A stretch of DNA of 64,000 nucleotides, taken from the IMG/VR virus record IMGVR_UViG_3300031555_010707; one strand, 5' to 3'. Position numbers and translations under genes: made by a program. Below the pieces are notes generated by a model. It worked only from the letters and a program-made list of their open reading frames with translations. It ran no database searches and was not told the origin of the DNA. Positions 9,835 through 19,158 of the stretch are shown piece by piece. The DNA comes from a virus (lineage: Duplodnaviria > Heunggongvirae > Uroviricota > Caudoviricetes). How positions within the stretch are numbered: position 1 is the first letter of the stretch; every line of letters begins with the position of its first letter.

Positions 9835-10053
9835 GTTGCCCTCCTATATGATGTTAGATCGAATAGCGCCTACACTGTGTTGACACCCAGGGCGTTACCC
9901 TGAGTTTCTGAAAGGTTTTTACCTTCTGCTCAAAATAGACTGTTAAAAGAAGCCCAAGGAGACTATCGCTATGCGTGTCTCTTTGGACTTCTAAGAACAG
10001 CCGTCGAGTTGGCCAGTACCAAAGTTTCATGGTTCTACCTCAAATATGGGTAC

Positions 10054-10080
10054 AAAAAAGCAGCGGTGTGTGCCGCTGCT
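10054..10080 (-). terminator. Rho-independent terminator after the 10093..11130 gene
   Basis: On the minus strand, GCAGCGG CACACA CCGCTGC is followed by TTTTTT. Confidence 0.6.
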
Positions 10081-10092
10081 TCGGTGGTGAGT

Positions 10093-11130
10093 TTAACTGA
10101 AAACGCTCTTCCAGTTATCGTAGTCCTGTTCCATGTCTCGGATCAGGATATTGAGGAGCTTTCGCTCGGTGTAGTTGCGGGAAAAGTTTGATGCCTTAGC
10201 ATTCCGTCTTTCATCAAGGACAATATCGCTGAAATTCGGAGGAATACCCATTCGTTCGCGTTCGTATGTTCGGTAGAAAACACCGGACATGTAGACATGT
10301 TTGAAGGTCAGCTTTAGGCTGAGCTCAACTGGAACTTCGATGCCTTGATCTGCAAACTTGTCGAACGCCGCCTTAAAGGCTCGACTGATCGTGGGACGAA
10401 AAGTAAGGTCAACGGCCTCTGCAAGAGTCCGCTTGCTCTCTTTTCCTCGGAGGATTTCTTTTCCCGCAGCTCGCGGCTTCTTTATCCCTTTCTTGCCACG
10501 AGGCTCTTCAAATTCTGTAAGTCCAACCGCTTTTCGTAAATCTTGCACTGCTTCCGGATAGATGAGGAGATATTTCTTTTTCTCCTTCTTTTCTGAATCC
10601 TGCTCAACCTTCGGGAATAGGTTCGGGTCTTGAAAATATGTCAGGTGCATTTTATCAAAATCCAGATGATCCGCTGTGACCTTAATAGCTTCAGACGATT
10701 GAAGACCCATGAAGCCAAGCCACAAAAATGAACGATAGATATACTCTATCTCGTTCTTATCCGGGTTAGGGAAGGCTTCATTCAGAGACTTCAATAGATG
10801 TTCCGGGGATGCAACGTAACTCTCGCGGAGTTTGTCGTGAACGTCAATCCGCAGTTCCTGGATGGCTTTAGTGGCCGGATAGCCATTGGCCACGCACCAT
10901 CTGACATATGCTTTCAGGATCATCAAGATGGAGCTTGCTCCATTCACCTTGGTTCCAGAGACACAGCTGAACGTCTCCTGAGCCTGTTCGGCATCCATCT
11001 CATAGAAGTCCTTGCCGTACCGCTCCTCAATATCCTTAGTGCCGTCGAAGATGTGCCGGAGCAGCTTTTTTGTCTGTTTGCTGTCCGTGTACTTCTCGAT
11101 GAAGGCTAACTTGACTTGCTCGTTATACAT
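10093..11130 (-). CDS. Hypothetical protein
   Basis: 345-aa ORF; no confident motif. Confidence 0.4.
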   Translation of the reverse strand: MYNEQVKLAFIEKYTDSKQTKKLLRHIFDGTKDIEERYGKDFYEMDAEQAQETFSCVSGTKVNGASSILMILKAYVRWCVANGYPATKAIQELRIDVHDKLRESYVASPEHLLKSLNEAFPNPDKNEIEYIYRSFLWLGFMGLQSSEAIKVTADHLDFDKMHLTYFQDPNLFPKVEQDSEKKEKKKYLLIYPEAVQDLRKAVGLTEFEEPRGKKGIKKPRAAGKEILRGKESKRTLAEAVDLTFRPTISRAFKAAFDKFADQGIEVPVELSLKLTFKHVYMSGVFYRTYERERMGIPPNFSDIVLDERRNAKASNFSRNYTERKLLNILIRDMEQDYDNWKSVFS

Positions 11131-11143
11131 CCGTGACTCCTCC

Positions 11144-11581
11144 TCATGCCGCCATGCTGAGCTTGGCAGATTTTCTCTTAATCTCCTGAAACGATTCTTG
11201 ATCGAGAAGATCCAGAGCGGATGTGGCGAGGAGGCTGGCGATAGCGATCTTGGCCATGTATTCCTTGGGGAGCTTCGTAATGTAGACGCCGAGCTTATCC
11301 TTGGAAACCGATACGGGGTTCTCGCAAATCACCATACTATCCCGACGCAACCCGGTATCCTCCGCCTTTACGACCACATGGGTCGGCATATCCATCCTTT
11401 TAAGATTGGACGTTAGCGGGAGAACGATGACGTTAGGGCTATACGCATTGCCGACGTTGTTCTGGAAAATGACAGCAGGCCGCCAACCGGATTGCTCGCT
11501 GCCAGTTCCTTCGAAGCGACAGTTATAGACCTCGCCCCACTTCGGAGCAGGGGCTACTCTCTTGGCGTTGTTGGCTTCCAT
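11144..11581 (-). CDS. MazF/PemK-family endoribonuclease toxin-like, with a C-terminal extension
   Basis: WGEVYNCRFEGTGSEQSGWRPAVIFQNN...VIVLPLTSN aligns to the E. coli MazF GDLIWVDFDPTKGSEQAGHRPAVVLS...CVPCTTQ. Confidence 0.6.
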   Translation of the reverse strand: MEANNAKRVAPAPKWGEVYNCRFEGTGSEQSGWRPAVIFQNNVGNAYSPNVIVLPLTSNLKRMDMPTHVVVKAEDTGLRRDSMVICENPVSVSKDKLGVYITKLPKEYMAKIAIASLLATSALDLLDQESFQEIKRKSAKLSMAA

Positions 11582-11717
11582 GGCTTCTTGACCTCGTTTC
11601 TGGATATTTATTCTTGATCGACGAGTTCACAATACCATAAAAAGTCGGACTTGTCAAGAGGGTTTTCTGCAAATAGGCGGACTTCGGGTGAGCAAAAGGA
11701 TAAATTTTACGAGATAT

Positions 11718-12005
11718 TTACTGTTGCGGGCAGTCGAAGTGAACGGTGACGCAGGTTCGAAGCTCATCATTGTCACCGCAGATGATGTTGTAATGGTCGC
11801 CTTCGAGCTCAATAGACTGAATCTGAGTGAGCTGCATCCTATTGATGCCATCGGTAAACAAAATGACCGCCGGGAACTCTTCCACAGCGATCACTTCGGA
11901 GATATGTAACGTTGCCTGCACCGGCAACGCTTTGTCTTCTTCGCCAAGAGAGGCGTAGCGACAAGTTCGTGATGCAATATCACGCTTAAAATCATTGATG
12001 GTCAT
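11718..12005 (-). CDS. Hypothetical protein upstream of the MazF-like gene; possible cognate partner
   Basis: Start MTINDF; overlaps the end of the upstream gene. Confidence 0.3.
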   Translation of the reverse strand: MTINDFKRDIASRTCRYASLGEEDKALPVQATLHISEVIAVEEFPAVILFTDGINRMQLTQIQSIELEGDHYNIICGDNDELRTCVTVHFDCPQQ

Positions 12006-13146
12006 GATCGGCCTCCTTGTGAGCCTTGAAGATGTACTTTGGATAATCGAAGAAAGAGCCTTCTTTGCCAATTGCTTTCCCTACACTGTTAAGTCCATTC
12101 CAGAGCGCAACGAAGTTATACTTTTGCGGCTGACAGGCAAAGTCCTTATCAAGTAAACCATTATAGGTTTTTAGCAACGCTGGGAAAATCTCCTCACTTG
12201 ACAGATTGCGTTTTTCTCGAATAGCAGGGAGGCAAGTTACTTGAAATTCCTCGACTTTCAGCCATTCGTCTTGCTCTTTTCTTGCCATGGGAATCTGTGC
12301 CAGAACATGAACTATCTTTGGCAGGAGAGAAACCCTAACTGCAATAACGTCATCCTGCATCCAGTGCAATGTCCAGTCGGATGATTTGTTATATGACTCC
12401 AGCATAATCGGATATAGTGTTTCCTCCGTAAGAGGAATAGATTTGTCGATCATTCCTCTAACTTTTCTGAAAAATTTAGGTTGATTAAGCCATTGAAGTT
12501 TGATCTTTACAGCAAGCTGTTCTACGGCTTTACGGAAAACTTCAGTATAGCTGATTACTTCCGATTCTTCAGAATTGTTGGCGGACAGTTCAAAGAATTT
12601 CATTTCCGATAATTCCCTATCTCCAAATATGCGCTTCCGTTCTTGCGAATGGATGCCATTCTTTGAATAATAAATCCAAGCAGCTTGCATATCTCTGAAA
12701 TGATTTGCATCCAGCGGAGGCGTTGTCGTATTTGCTTCAGCTTTGCGTAGCATTACACGATATTCCAGTTGCTGTTGACTTGGCTCTTCTGTATAGAGAA
12801 TATCGTCAATGAATTCAGTCATCTGAGAAAGAGTTGGCATAGGTAAGTCATTTCGAATGATTCGAATTTCGAACAGTTCTTCTTGCCTTGCTTGTTGCCG
12901 CTTTTTTGCTTGTTTATTGCTTGCAAAAGCCCAAATAGGAATGCTAAAAACTCCTACAAAAGCTAAAATGCCAGCAAGCTCCTCAGAAAAGTTTGCAATG
13001 GTGGCAAATAGAGTAACAAAAAACACAACAAAAAAGACGCAGCCGATGCCTCCCAGTTTTCCTAAGTTGAATTCCTCTTCGCCGATTTTGTAAACAACGT
13101 ACAAGACGCCGAGAACAACCCATCCAATACCAGCTAAGATACCCAC
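11992..13146 (-). CDS. Membrane protein with two N-terminal TM helices, unknown function
   Basis: Hydrophobic N-terminus GILAGIGWVVLGVLYVVY...VFFVVFFVTLFATI, then a 300-aa soluble domain. Confidence 0.45.
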   Translation of the reverse strand: MGILAGIGWVVLGVLYVVYKIGEEEFNLGKLGGIGCVFFVVFFVTLFATIANFSEELAGILAFVGVFSIPIWAFASNKQAKKRQQARQEELFEIRIIRNDLPMPTLSQMTEFIDDILYTEEPSQQQLEYRVMLRKAEANTTTPPLDANHFRDMQAAWIYYSKNGIHSQERKRIFGDRELSEMKFFELSANNSEESEVISYTEVFRKAVEQLAVKIKLQWLNQPKFFRKVRGMIDKSIPLTEETLYPIMLESYNKSSDWTLHWMQDDVIAVRVSLLPKIVHVLAQIPMARKEQDEWLKVEEFQVTCLPAIREKRNLSSEEIFPALLKTYNGLLDKDFACQPQKYNFVALWNGLNSVGKAIGKEGSFFDYPKYIFKAHKEADHDHQ

Positions 13147-13162
13147 CTCTCACGCACCAACC

Positions 13163-13396
13163 TTATCCACTTCGTGCGCAGTCAATGTGTTCCATAGCAT
13201 CGTTGATGGAATCGATGGCCGTCTGGAGTTCATCGATGGCTTCTTCCATTATCTCTCCTCGTTCGCTACTTTGGAGATTTTCAGGAAGATTATCAAAACT
13301 ATCTTGCTCTTCATCCTTGGCACGTTCCACGATAGAAACGGCTCTGCCAAGGAGCGAATGAGCTTCTGATAATCTTGCTCGTCTTTGCTTATTCAC
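13163..13396 (-). CDS. Hypothetical small protein
   Basis: ORF. Confidence 0.3.
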   Translation of the reverse strand: MNKQRRARLSEAHSLLGRAVSIVERAKDEEQDSFDNLPENLQSSERGEIMEEAIDELQTAIDSINDAMEHIDCARSG

Positions 13397-13440
13397 TCAT
13401 TGCCGCACCTACCTAATTATAGAATATATCGGCTGGAAAA

Positions 13441-14103
13441 TCAACCCATCGAAATGACGAGTTTGTGTTCCAGAAGGTAGGAGCTCTTCTCGACTTTGGT
13501 TACGACAACAGGAGACGGGCCGAACTTGGTGTCCGCAATGACGGTAGAACCTGCCCGAACGAACTCATACAGGTCGTAAGGAACACGCCAAGAGAATTCC
13601 TGCCCATCAGCGCTGTGCTTGCCATAGGCATACAGGAAATACGGCTCGTGCATCTCTTGGATTTTGCGAAGCTCATCAATTTGCTTGGTGAGAATCTTGA
13701 CCTGCTCCTCATGGTGTTGCATCTTCCTCTGAACACACTCCAGATTATGCAAAGCGGCTTTGCGAGACAACTGGAGAGCACCAACTTTAGACTCGATGCA
13801 AACCTTGGCCGCCAACATATCTGTCTTAGGCGAAACGCTTAGAACGGACGGCTGGATATTTGCTGGAATAACACAGACAACATAGAAAGGCTTCGTTGGA
13901 TCTTCGTTGCGCTGAGATTCATCGACCATCGAAGGCTCAATGGTCATTTCGCTGACACGATTCTGATCGACAAGATGGAACTTCGTCTTTCCATCACTGC
14001 CCTTGAGCTTGAGGAACCAGCCACCATCCTTGCCGAGGAGTTCAGAAAAAGCGGGATCTCGGTTCTCGTGAACCTGAATCTTACAAAGCTGACCTTGGTA
14101 CAT
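13441..14103 (-). CDS. Hypothetical protein
   Basis: 220-aa ORF with AAGGAGA upstream. Confidence 0.4.
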   Translation of the reverse strand: MYQGQLCKIQVHENRDPAFSELLGKDGGWFLKLKGSDGKTKFHLVDQNRVSEMTIEPSMVDESQRNEDPTKPFYVVCVIPANIQPSVLSVSPKTDMLAAKVCIESKVGALQLSRKAALHNLECVQRKMQHHEEQVKILTKQIDELRKIQEMHEPYFLYAYGKHSADGQEFSWRVPYDLYEFVRAGSTVIADTKFGPSPVVVTKVEKSSYLLEHKLVISMG

Positions 14104-14144
14104 GACTACATCTCCTTATCTTCTTATAGGTATTGGGCTGAAAA

Positions 14145-14166
14145 CGAACCGCCCTTTTCAAGGCTG
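14145..14166. repeat. Left arm of a 22-nt imperfect inverted repeat (partner at 14543..14564)
   Basis: cgaaccgcccttttcaaggctg versus the reverse complement of the right arm, cgaaccgccctcttcagggctg. They bracket about 376 nt of noncoding DNA. Confidence 0.5.
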
Positions 14167-14542
14167 ATAGATGGAACAAGGAACATTACCCGAAACATTA
14201 AATACATACAGAATTTGTTCTTTCAAACAAGTGCTTACGAAGCGATGAGTGAATTGTGAATGACGATTCTGACGAAATCATGTCGATAGAGCGATAGTCC
14301 GATTGATGACACTGGCGAAAGCGACTATAGATGAGCGAAAACTTTAATTAGACGTAATCAGCGTCTCTTCTATTGTTACTTGAAGTCAACTTAGTGGTGT
14401 TGACAGCCAGCGGAAAACCGCAGATGCGATCAGCGCTCTGCCCCGAAACCAACGGCTTCTGGTCACACTGCTGATTGCGAACTCGCAGGCCATACTTCGC
14501 TGCGAAAGAAGTGGTAATATCTGTTGTCCCATTTTGTTTATC

Positions 14543-14564
14543 AGCCCTGAAGAGGGCGGTTCGA
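14543..14564. repeat. Right arm of the inverted repeat
   Basis: See left arm. Confidence 0.5.
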
Positions 14565-14574
14565 AATTCATGGG

Positions 14575-15222
14575 TTAAACGGCGTGGCGTTCAATTTTCT
14601 TTTGTGCCGCAAAAGCCTCCAGGGCATCTTCGACAGAATCAGAAACATTGAAGGACGGGAAGAAATCCACATTGACATCAATCATGCAGCGGTCAAGTGC
14701 AGAGGAAGCCTCGTCTGCTTCTCTGGCAAGATTTTTTGCCAGTCTCTTAACACCGTTGCGATCAAAGTCGATAGTGGTAATTTCCTTGATGTCGTAGAAG
14801 TAACGCACCTGATCGCCTGTTGCATTGAATTTGAAGTCGCTGCCCTGAGTTTTACATTCAGATGGCTTGATGGCGCAAACATGCTCCAGAGTTGCAGCCA
14901 TACCTCGACGCAGTGAGTTATGTGCGGCTTCTGCATCAATATCAATGGCGCAACCTGCCTTGGCCTTGCCAATAGCAATGGCAAGTGCGTGCTTTTCTTC
15001 CATGACAGCCTTCATGAACTCAATGATAGTGCCATTGCTCTGAGCGTATGCTCTTTCCTTAGTGGCATCCACAGTCTCATCCTGAGCTTCTGGATTCGCA
15101 CTCTTTCGAAGATGTTCCTGTTTGACGCAAACCAGGTTACGTCTGTCGTTGAGGTACGCGGAGATCGAGGTGAACAGCATAGCCAAGTAGTTCTGGTATC
15201 GGAAGGATTCCTTGAGATTCAT
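14575..15222 (-). CDS. Hypothetical protein
   Basis: ORF. Confidence 0.4.
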   Translation of the reverse strand: MNLKESFRYQNYLAMLFTSISAYLNDRRNLVCVKQEHLRKSANPEAQDETVDATKERAYAQSNGTIIEFMKAVMEEKHALAIAIGKAKAGCAIDIDAEAAHNSLRRGMAATLEHVCAIKPSECKTQGSDFKFNATGDQVRYFYDIKEITTIDFDRNGVKRLAKNLAREADEASSALDRCMIDVNVDFFPSFNVSDSVEDALEAFAAQKKIERHAV

Positions 15223-15228
15223 GCGTTT

Positions 15229-15699
15229 TCATTCCTTTCTTTCGGTATTCATCAGCATATCCACAGCATATTGTATATGCTTGGTTTCCAAACCCCACCC
15301 ATAGAATGAAGTGTGAACTAAATGTGGAAGATGCACATTCATATCACTATCGTCATCGAGAATGACGTAGGATTCAACGGAAATATCCCTATGGTGATTA
15401 AACCATGCGGAAATATCATCGCCGCGTTCCTTGCCCGTATAGGGTGTATCGGAGTGAATGGACAGCCCGTATTCAGCAAGCTGCTGGACGAGGTGAGCCC
15501 TTGCTTTCGGGATTTTTCTCCATGATGAAGATAGAACAATCGTCGCGCCTGTCGCACTAACGATTTGCTTTAGGCAGGCAATCGCTCGTTTATCCAAGAT
15601 GTCTTCGTAGAAAACGCGGACGCCTTGCTCGCTAAACATCTTTTCGGCAAACGAATTACTGTTCAACACACCGTCAACGTCCAGAAAAATCACGCGCAT
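15229..15699 (-). CDS. HAD-superfamily phosphatase
   Basis: MRVIFLDVDGVLNS is HAD motif I. GGAGGG sits 6 nt upstream of the ATG at 15699. Confidence 0.5.
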   Translation of the reverse strand: MRVIFLDVDGVLNSNSFAEKMFSEQGVRVFYEDILDKRAIACLKQIVSATGATIVLSSSWRKIPKARAHLVQQLAEYGLSIHSDTPYTGKERGDDISAWFNHHRDISVESYVILDDDSDMNVHLPHLVHTSFYGWGLETKHIQYAVDMLMNTERKE

Positions 15700-15890
15700 G
15701 TCTGACCCTCCACACATTCCTGCGGCAATGTGAAAGTCGGTTTCCAGATAGCGACAATCGTTCTGGATTTCTGATCCACAAAACCGATGCCACCATCGTA
15801 GAGTGTCATATTCAAGTCATGCTTAGCACACGCAGCCTGAATATCTGCTACCAAAGCGGAGACTTTTTTCTGGATTTCAGTTGTTTCCAT
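15690..15890 (-). CDS. Hypothetical small protein
   Basis: ORF. Confidence 0.25.
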   Translation of the reverse strand: METTEIQKKVSALVADIQAACAKHDLNMTLYDGGIGFVDQKSRTIVAIWKPTFTLPQECVEGQTCA

Positions 15891-15903
15891 AGCTATAACC
15901 CCC

Positions 15904-16674
15904 TCAATCGATGGTTTTCAGACCCGGATCGTAACTTGGCGGCATCGAGAGCTTGAAAAGGTTGGCTCGATGCAAACGGTCAATTCGGTTCTTTGTAATC
16001 TGGCTTTCGCATTTACCAGTACGGATATAGGTATCCAGCTCGGCATAGGTAAAACCAAGGTTATCCTCGTCCGTCTTTCCACAGAGTCCGTCACTGGGAA
16101 CCTTGTCTACCAGCTCAGGCGGCAAACCGCATTCGTAGCCAACCGCCTTTACCTCTTCAACAGTGAGCTTCGCCAGAGGGCAGAAGTCTCCGGCGCTATC
16201 ACCGTAGCGTGTAGAGTAACCTACCCAATCCTCCGACAGATTGCAAGTGTTGGCTACTCGGCCATTCAAGGACTGAGACACAGCATACAGCGTAGCCATT
16301 CGGATTCGAGGAGGCAGATTCACCATTGTCTGGTCACTCAACGTGATACCAGCGCCTCCAATAGCATTGAGTACGTCACTCACAGCCAAGGTGACAGGCA
16401 CCATAAAGTGCTTAATTCCCAGGTGTTCGCAGAGTTTGAAGCTATCATCGATGTCCAGCTGCGCCAGATTTGGCATCAGGACGCCAATGACCCGCTCTCC
16501 TCCGAGGGCTTCCTTGCACAAAGTAGCAACGATATTGCTATCCTTGCCTCCAGAAATGCCGATGACAGCATTGCAGTCTTTGCCATTGGATTCAAACCAC
16601 TCTCGAATCCACTGTACAATTTCTTCTTTTATTTTCTTGGCATCAAACTTGTTCATGTTTACCCCATACTTCAT
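15904..16674 (-). CDS. nadE: NH3-dependent NAD+ synthetase
   Basis: PP-loop VIGISGGKDS. Collinear with B. subtilis NadE: PRIRMATLY, TRYGDSAGDFCPLAKLT and LGFTYAELDTYIRTGK match. Confidence 0.7.
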   Translation of the reverse strand: MKYGVNMNKFDAKKIKEEIVQWIREWFESNGKDCNAVIGISGGKDSNIVATLCKEALGGERVIGVLMPNLAQLDIDDSFKLCEHLGIKHFMVPVTLAVSDVLNAIGGAGITLSDQTMVNLPPRIRMATLYAVSQSLNGRVANTCNLSEDWVGYSTRYGDSAGDFCPLAKLTVEEVKAVGYECGLPPELVDKVPSDGLCGKTDEDNLGFTYAELDTYIRTGKCESQITKNRIDRLHRANLFKLSMPPSYDPGLKTID

Positions 16675-17467
16675 CGATAATGTAGTCTCTTGCTTCAGAG
16701 AAAATCGGAATATTCAGATCAGGTGTCCACTTGGATCGTTGTGCGCCATTTACTTCATAGCTGCGTTTGACAATGCAAAGACCGGCCTTTTGATTTATGG
16801 GCAGACTGTGCCAATCAAACCCTTTCTCTTTCATCATCTGCAGCATCTGAGCGCAGTTCTTCTTGTGTAGTTCTTTATGCGAATACATCGATCTTGCACA
16901 AGACTCGACACTATTCCGCACGGCATCTTGCTGGCGCCAAATAAAGTAATTGACGACCTCATGCTCCGGCAACAGGAAAGCTCTGCTATCGAACATAGCC
17001 TGATCGATATTGCGGAAGTAGGTGTTATAGTCCTTCTTGAACTTTTCCTGCTTCTCTTCTGACATAAACTCAAGAGACAAAGGCAAATAGTGATGCTGCT
17101 GAACGTAAGACCGGTAGCTGCGATTGAATGCACGAGTTGCAATTGACGCCGTAACACTGGCAATCTTTTGCAAATTGTTGCCGAACCATGCCTGCGTGGT
17201 AAGCTCATCGTCGTTCCTGAGAACGAGCGAAATCTCGTCGGACTGTGTATAAGCGAGCTTACAGCCCTCCACATTACGGCAAAGTTCAATGGCAACTTCC
17301 TTCATGGGCTCAGAAACAGCGCTGTCAAATGGACGCTTGAACCCCCTGGTAAAAGTATGGAATGCCTTTCCGTCCACACGAACGATGACCGGCATTCTTC
17401 TCGGAAGATAGAATCTATAGGCGTTTTCGTATTCTTTCATACGGTCGCCCAAGGAATCACGAGACAT
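16643..17467 (-). CDS. Thg1-like protein (tRNA-His guanylyltransferase family, 3'-5' nucleotidyltransferase)
   Basis: RMKEYENAYRFYLPRRMPVIVRVDGKAFHTF...AYTQSDEISLVL is a Thg1 signature. AAGGAGG lies 5 nt upstream of the ATG at 17467. Confidence 0.65.
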   Translation of the reverse strand: MSRDSLGDRMKEYENAYRFYLPRRMPVIVRVDGKAFHTFTRGFKRPFDSAVSEPMKEVAIELCRNVEGCKLAYTQSDEISLVLRNDDELTTQAWFGNNLQKIASVTASIATRAFNRSYRSYVQQHHYLPLSLEFMSEEKQEKFKKDYNTYFRNIDQAMFDSRAFLLPEHEVVNYFIWRQQDAVRNSVESCARSMYSHKELHKKNCAQMLQMMKEKGFDWHSLPINQKAGLCIVKRSYEVNGAQRSKWTPDLNIPIFSEARDYIIDEVWGKHEQV

Positions 17468-17861
17468 GATGTCCTCCTTTTCCCGGCCCGCCCATTGGCA
17501 TTCCGGGGAATATTGTTTTTCCTTGATATTCCTTACATTTAGAACCATCAAAGTAATAAGCCCATGTACTGTCGTCCGAACCACGGAAAGTGATATATGA
17601 ACCGGCTTCAACGAATGGAGCAATTTGATTGAACATCGCTTCGATCTCATCGCTGTAAAATTTCTGGTACTCATAGCACATTGAAATGATATTGCCGTGC
17701 TCATCTATTTCTACAGTAAGCCCAAACTCCGTCATAACCTCTGGAAGATCATCTTCCTTTTTGTATTCCGGGTACTTACCATGAAGGGCTTCGAGTGCCT
17801 CTGGAAATTTAATTCGCGGGATGTAGAAATCTGACTGTTCAGAGTTCGCGTAATAACCCAT
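17457..17861 (-). CDS. Hypothetical protein
   Basis: ORF. Confidence 0.35.
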   Translation of the reverse strand: MGYYANSEQSDFYIPRIKFPEALEALHGKYPEYKKEDDLPEVMTEFGLTVEIDEHGNIISMCYEYQKFYSDEIEAMFNQIAPFVEAGSYITFRGSDDSTWAYYFDGSKCKEYQGKTIFPGMPMGGPGKGGHHVS

Positions 17862-17873
17862 ATCAATCTCTCC

Positions 17874-18491
17874 TTAATGCTCGTTGAAGCAAACCGCTTC
17901 CCCATTTTTCAAATCCCAACAGGAACACCCAGACATAACACAGTCCCCGCAATAATTCTGGCATTGGAAGGCGTTTGCCGGTATGCCTGTATTGTCGCCT
18001 TTCTTGAATCTGACATAGGCCATTGGGAGGTTGTGAGGATTTTCGGGAATAAAAGAACCCCACGCACTAAATACCATGCGGAGGTTCTCAGGAAAAACTT
18101 TATGTATGTTGAGATACTCATTGACCATCTCAAATTTCTTGGTGAAGCACAGGAACTTCGTATCAGGAAGCCTCTTCGCGGTATCCACCATCATCTCAAG
18201 GTACTTAATATCGGGAATATCGCCCGAGGAGTGCCAGCGAAAGAAGCGGCTATGGAACGCAGAAATGATGATGTCACGCTGGAACATCGCAGGATCTTCA
18301 TTCCAAATATCGATGTTCTTCTGGAGAAGAGACTTGTTGTGGGAAAAGCACCACCGTCCCTTCCTGGCATAACACTTAGCCACGCACGGAGCATCTGGTC
18401 TGCATGAGCAGACAGGAGGAAGGCTGACGGATGGAATATCTGCGCCGAGCTTCGTTACTCCTTTGGAAATATGAACATGTTCTGTTACCAT
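17874..18491 (-). CDS. Cys-rich hypothetical protein
   Basis: Multiple CxxC-like clusters. Confidence 0.35.
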   Translation of the reverse strand: MVTEHVHISKGVTKLGADIPSVSLPPVCSCRPDAPCVAKCYARKGRWCFSHNKSLLQKNIDIWNEDPAMFQRDIIISAFHSRFFRWHSSGDIPDIKYLEMMVDTAKRLPDTKFLCFTKKFEMVNEYLNIHKVFPENLRMVFSAWGSFIPENPHNLPMAYVRFKKGDNTGIPANAFQCQNYCGDCVMSGCSCWDLKNGEAVCFNEH

Positions 18492-18509
18492 AGCTTACCT
18501 CTTTCTTGA

Positions 18510-19004
18510 TTACATCTTGGGCAATTCGTAGAGCGTTACGTCCAAGCCCCCGAGTTCTTCTTCGATGATTGTATAGACGGTATCCCAGTTGCCGCCTCCT
18601 CGGTCGCAGCCAATTCGATAAGGCAATGCGATTTGAGGTTCTTTGCCCGATTTTTGCCGGATGGCATCAGCAAAAATGCTCAGCTGAGCCAAGCAACTTC
18701 TGAATGCCCCATAGTCCGTATATTGCTTGCCATCATATCCGTACTTATTCTGAGCGAACATATTGGCGATATAAATCCGCTTGCCATCCGGAAGATTCTC
18801 GGATGATAGCTGCGTGTTTCCCAGCAAGCTCTCTGTCTTTCCTTTGACACTTCGGCAAGCACTTTGATAGTTGGCGTATGCGCCTGGAAATAACATCCGA
18901 ACCTGCTTGGCAACGCCGGAACCCATCACTCCCTGGCAATTTACCTGATGAGCAATGATGTCGGCATTACTTGCGAATAAATCTCCGATTTTATGTTGTA
19001 TCAT
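18510..19004 (-). CDS. Macro-domain protein (ADP-ribose binding or processing)
   Basis: IGDLFASNADIIAHQVNCQGVMGSGVAKQV is a MacroD/YmdB-like motif. Confidence 0.6.
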   Translation of the reverse strand: MIQHKIGDLFASNADIIAHQVNCQGVMGSGVAKQVRMLFPGAYANYQSACRSVKGKTESLLGNTQLSSENLPDGKRIYIANMFAQNKYGYDGKQYTDYGAFRSCLAQLSIFADAIRQKSGKEPQIALPYRIGCDRGGGNWDTVYTIIEEELGGLDVTLYELPKM

Positions 19005-19158
19005 TGGACTTCCTCACTCTTCAACAGATGGATTTTTCGCGTCTTTCTCATTTCGTTCGGAATCTCCGCTTGCTTTACAACAGCAATACATGAGAATACC
19101 GGCGAAAAGAACGAGAACCATCGAGATTGCAAACAGCAAAAGTCTTCCTGACATCTAA

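Noticed and set aside
10093-11130. A 345-aa protein with weak H..R...Y spacing suggesting a tyrosine recombinase.
   Set aside because: The motif match is too weak and the expected box I/II arrangement is absent, so it is left as hypothetical.
14104-14574. GGGCGGTTCGAAAT, a T-loop-like motif suggesting a tRNA in the intergenic region.
   Set aside because: No acceptor or anticodon arms could be folded. The motif is one arm of the inverted repeat reported above.
15904-16674. PP-loop SGGKDS protein considered as a TtuA or MnmA tRNA thiolase partner for the E1/JAB pair.
   Set aside because: It is collinear with B. subtilis NadE along its length (KARTRM, TKYGDGGAD and LGISYDEIDDY equivalents), so it is a NAD synthetase.
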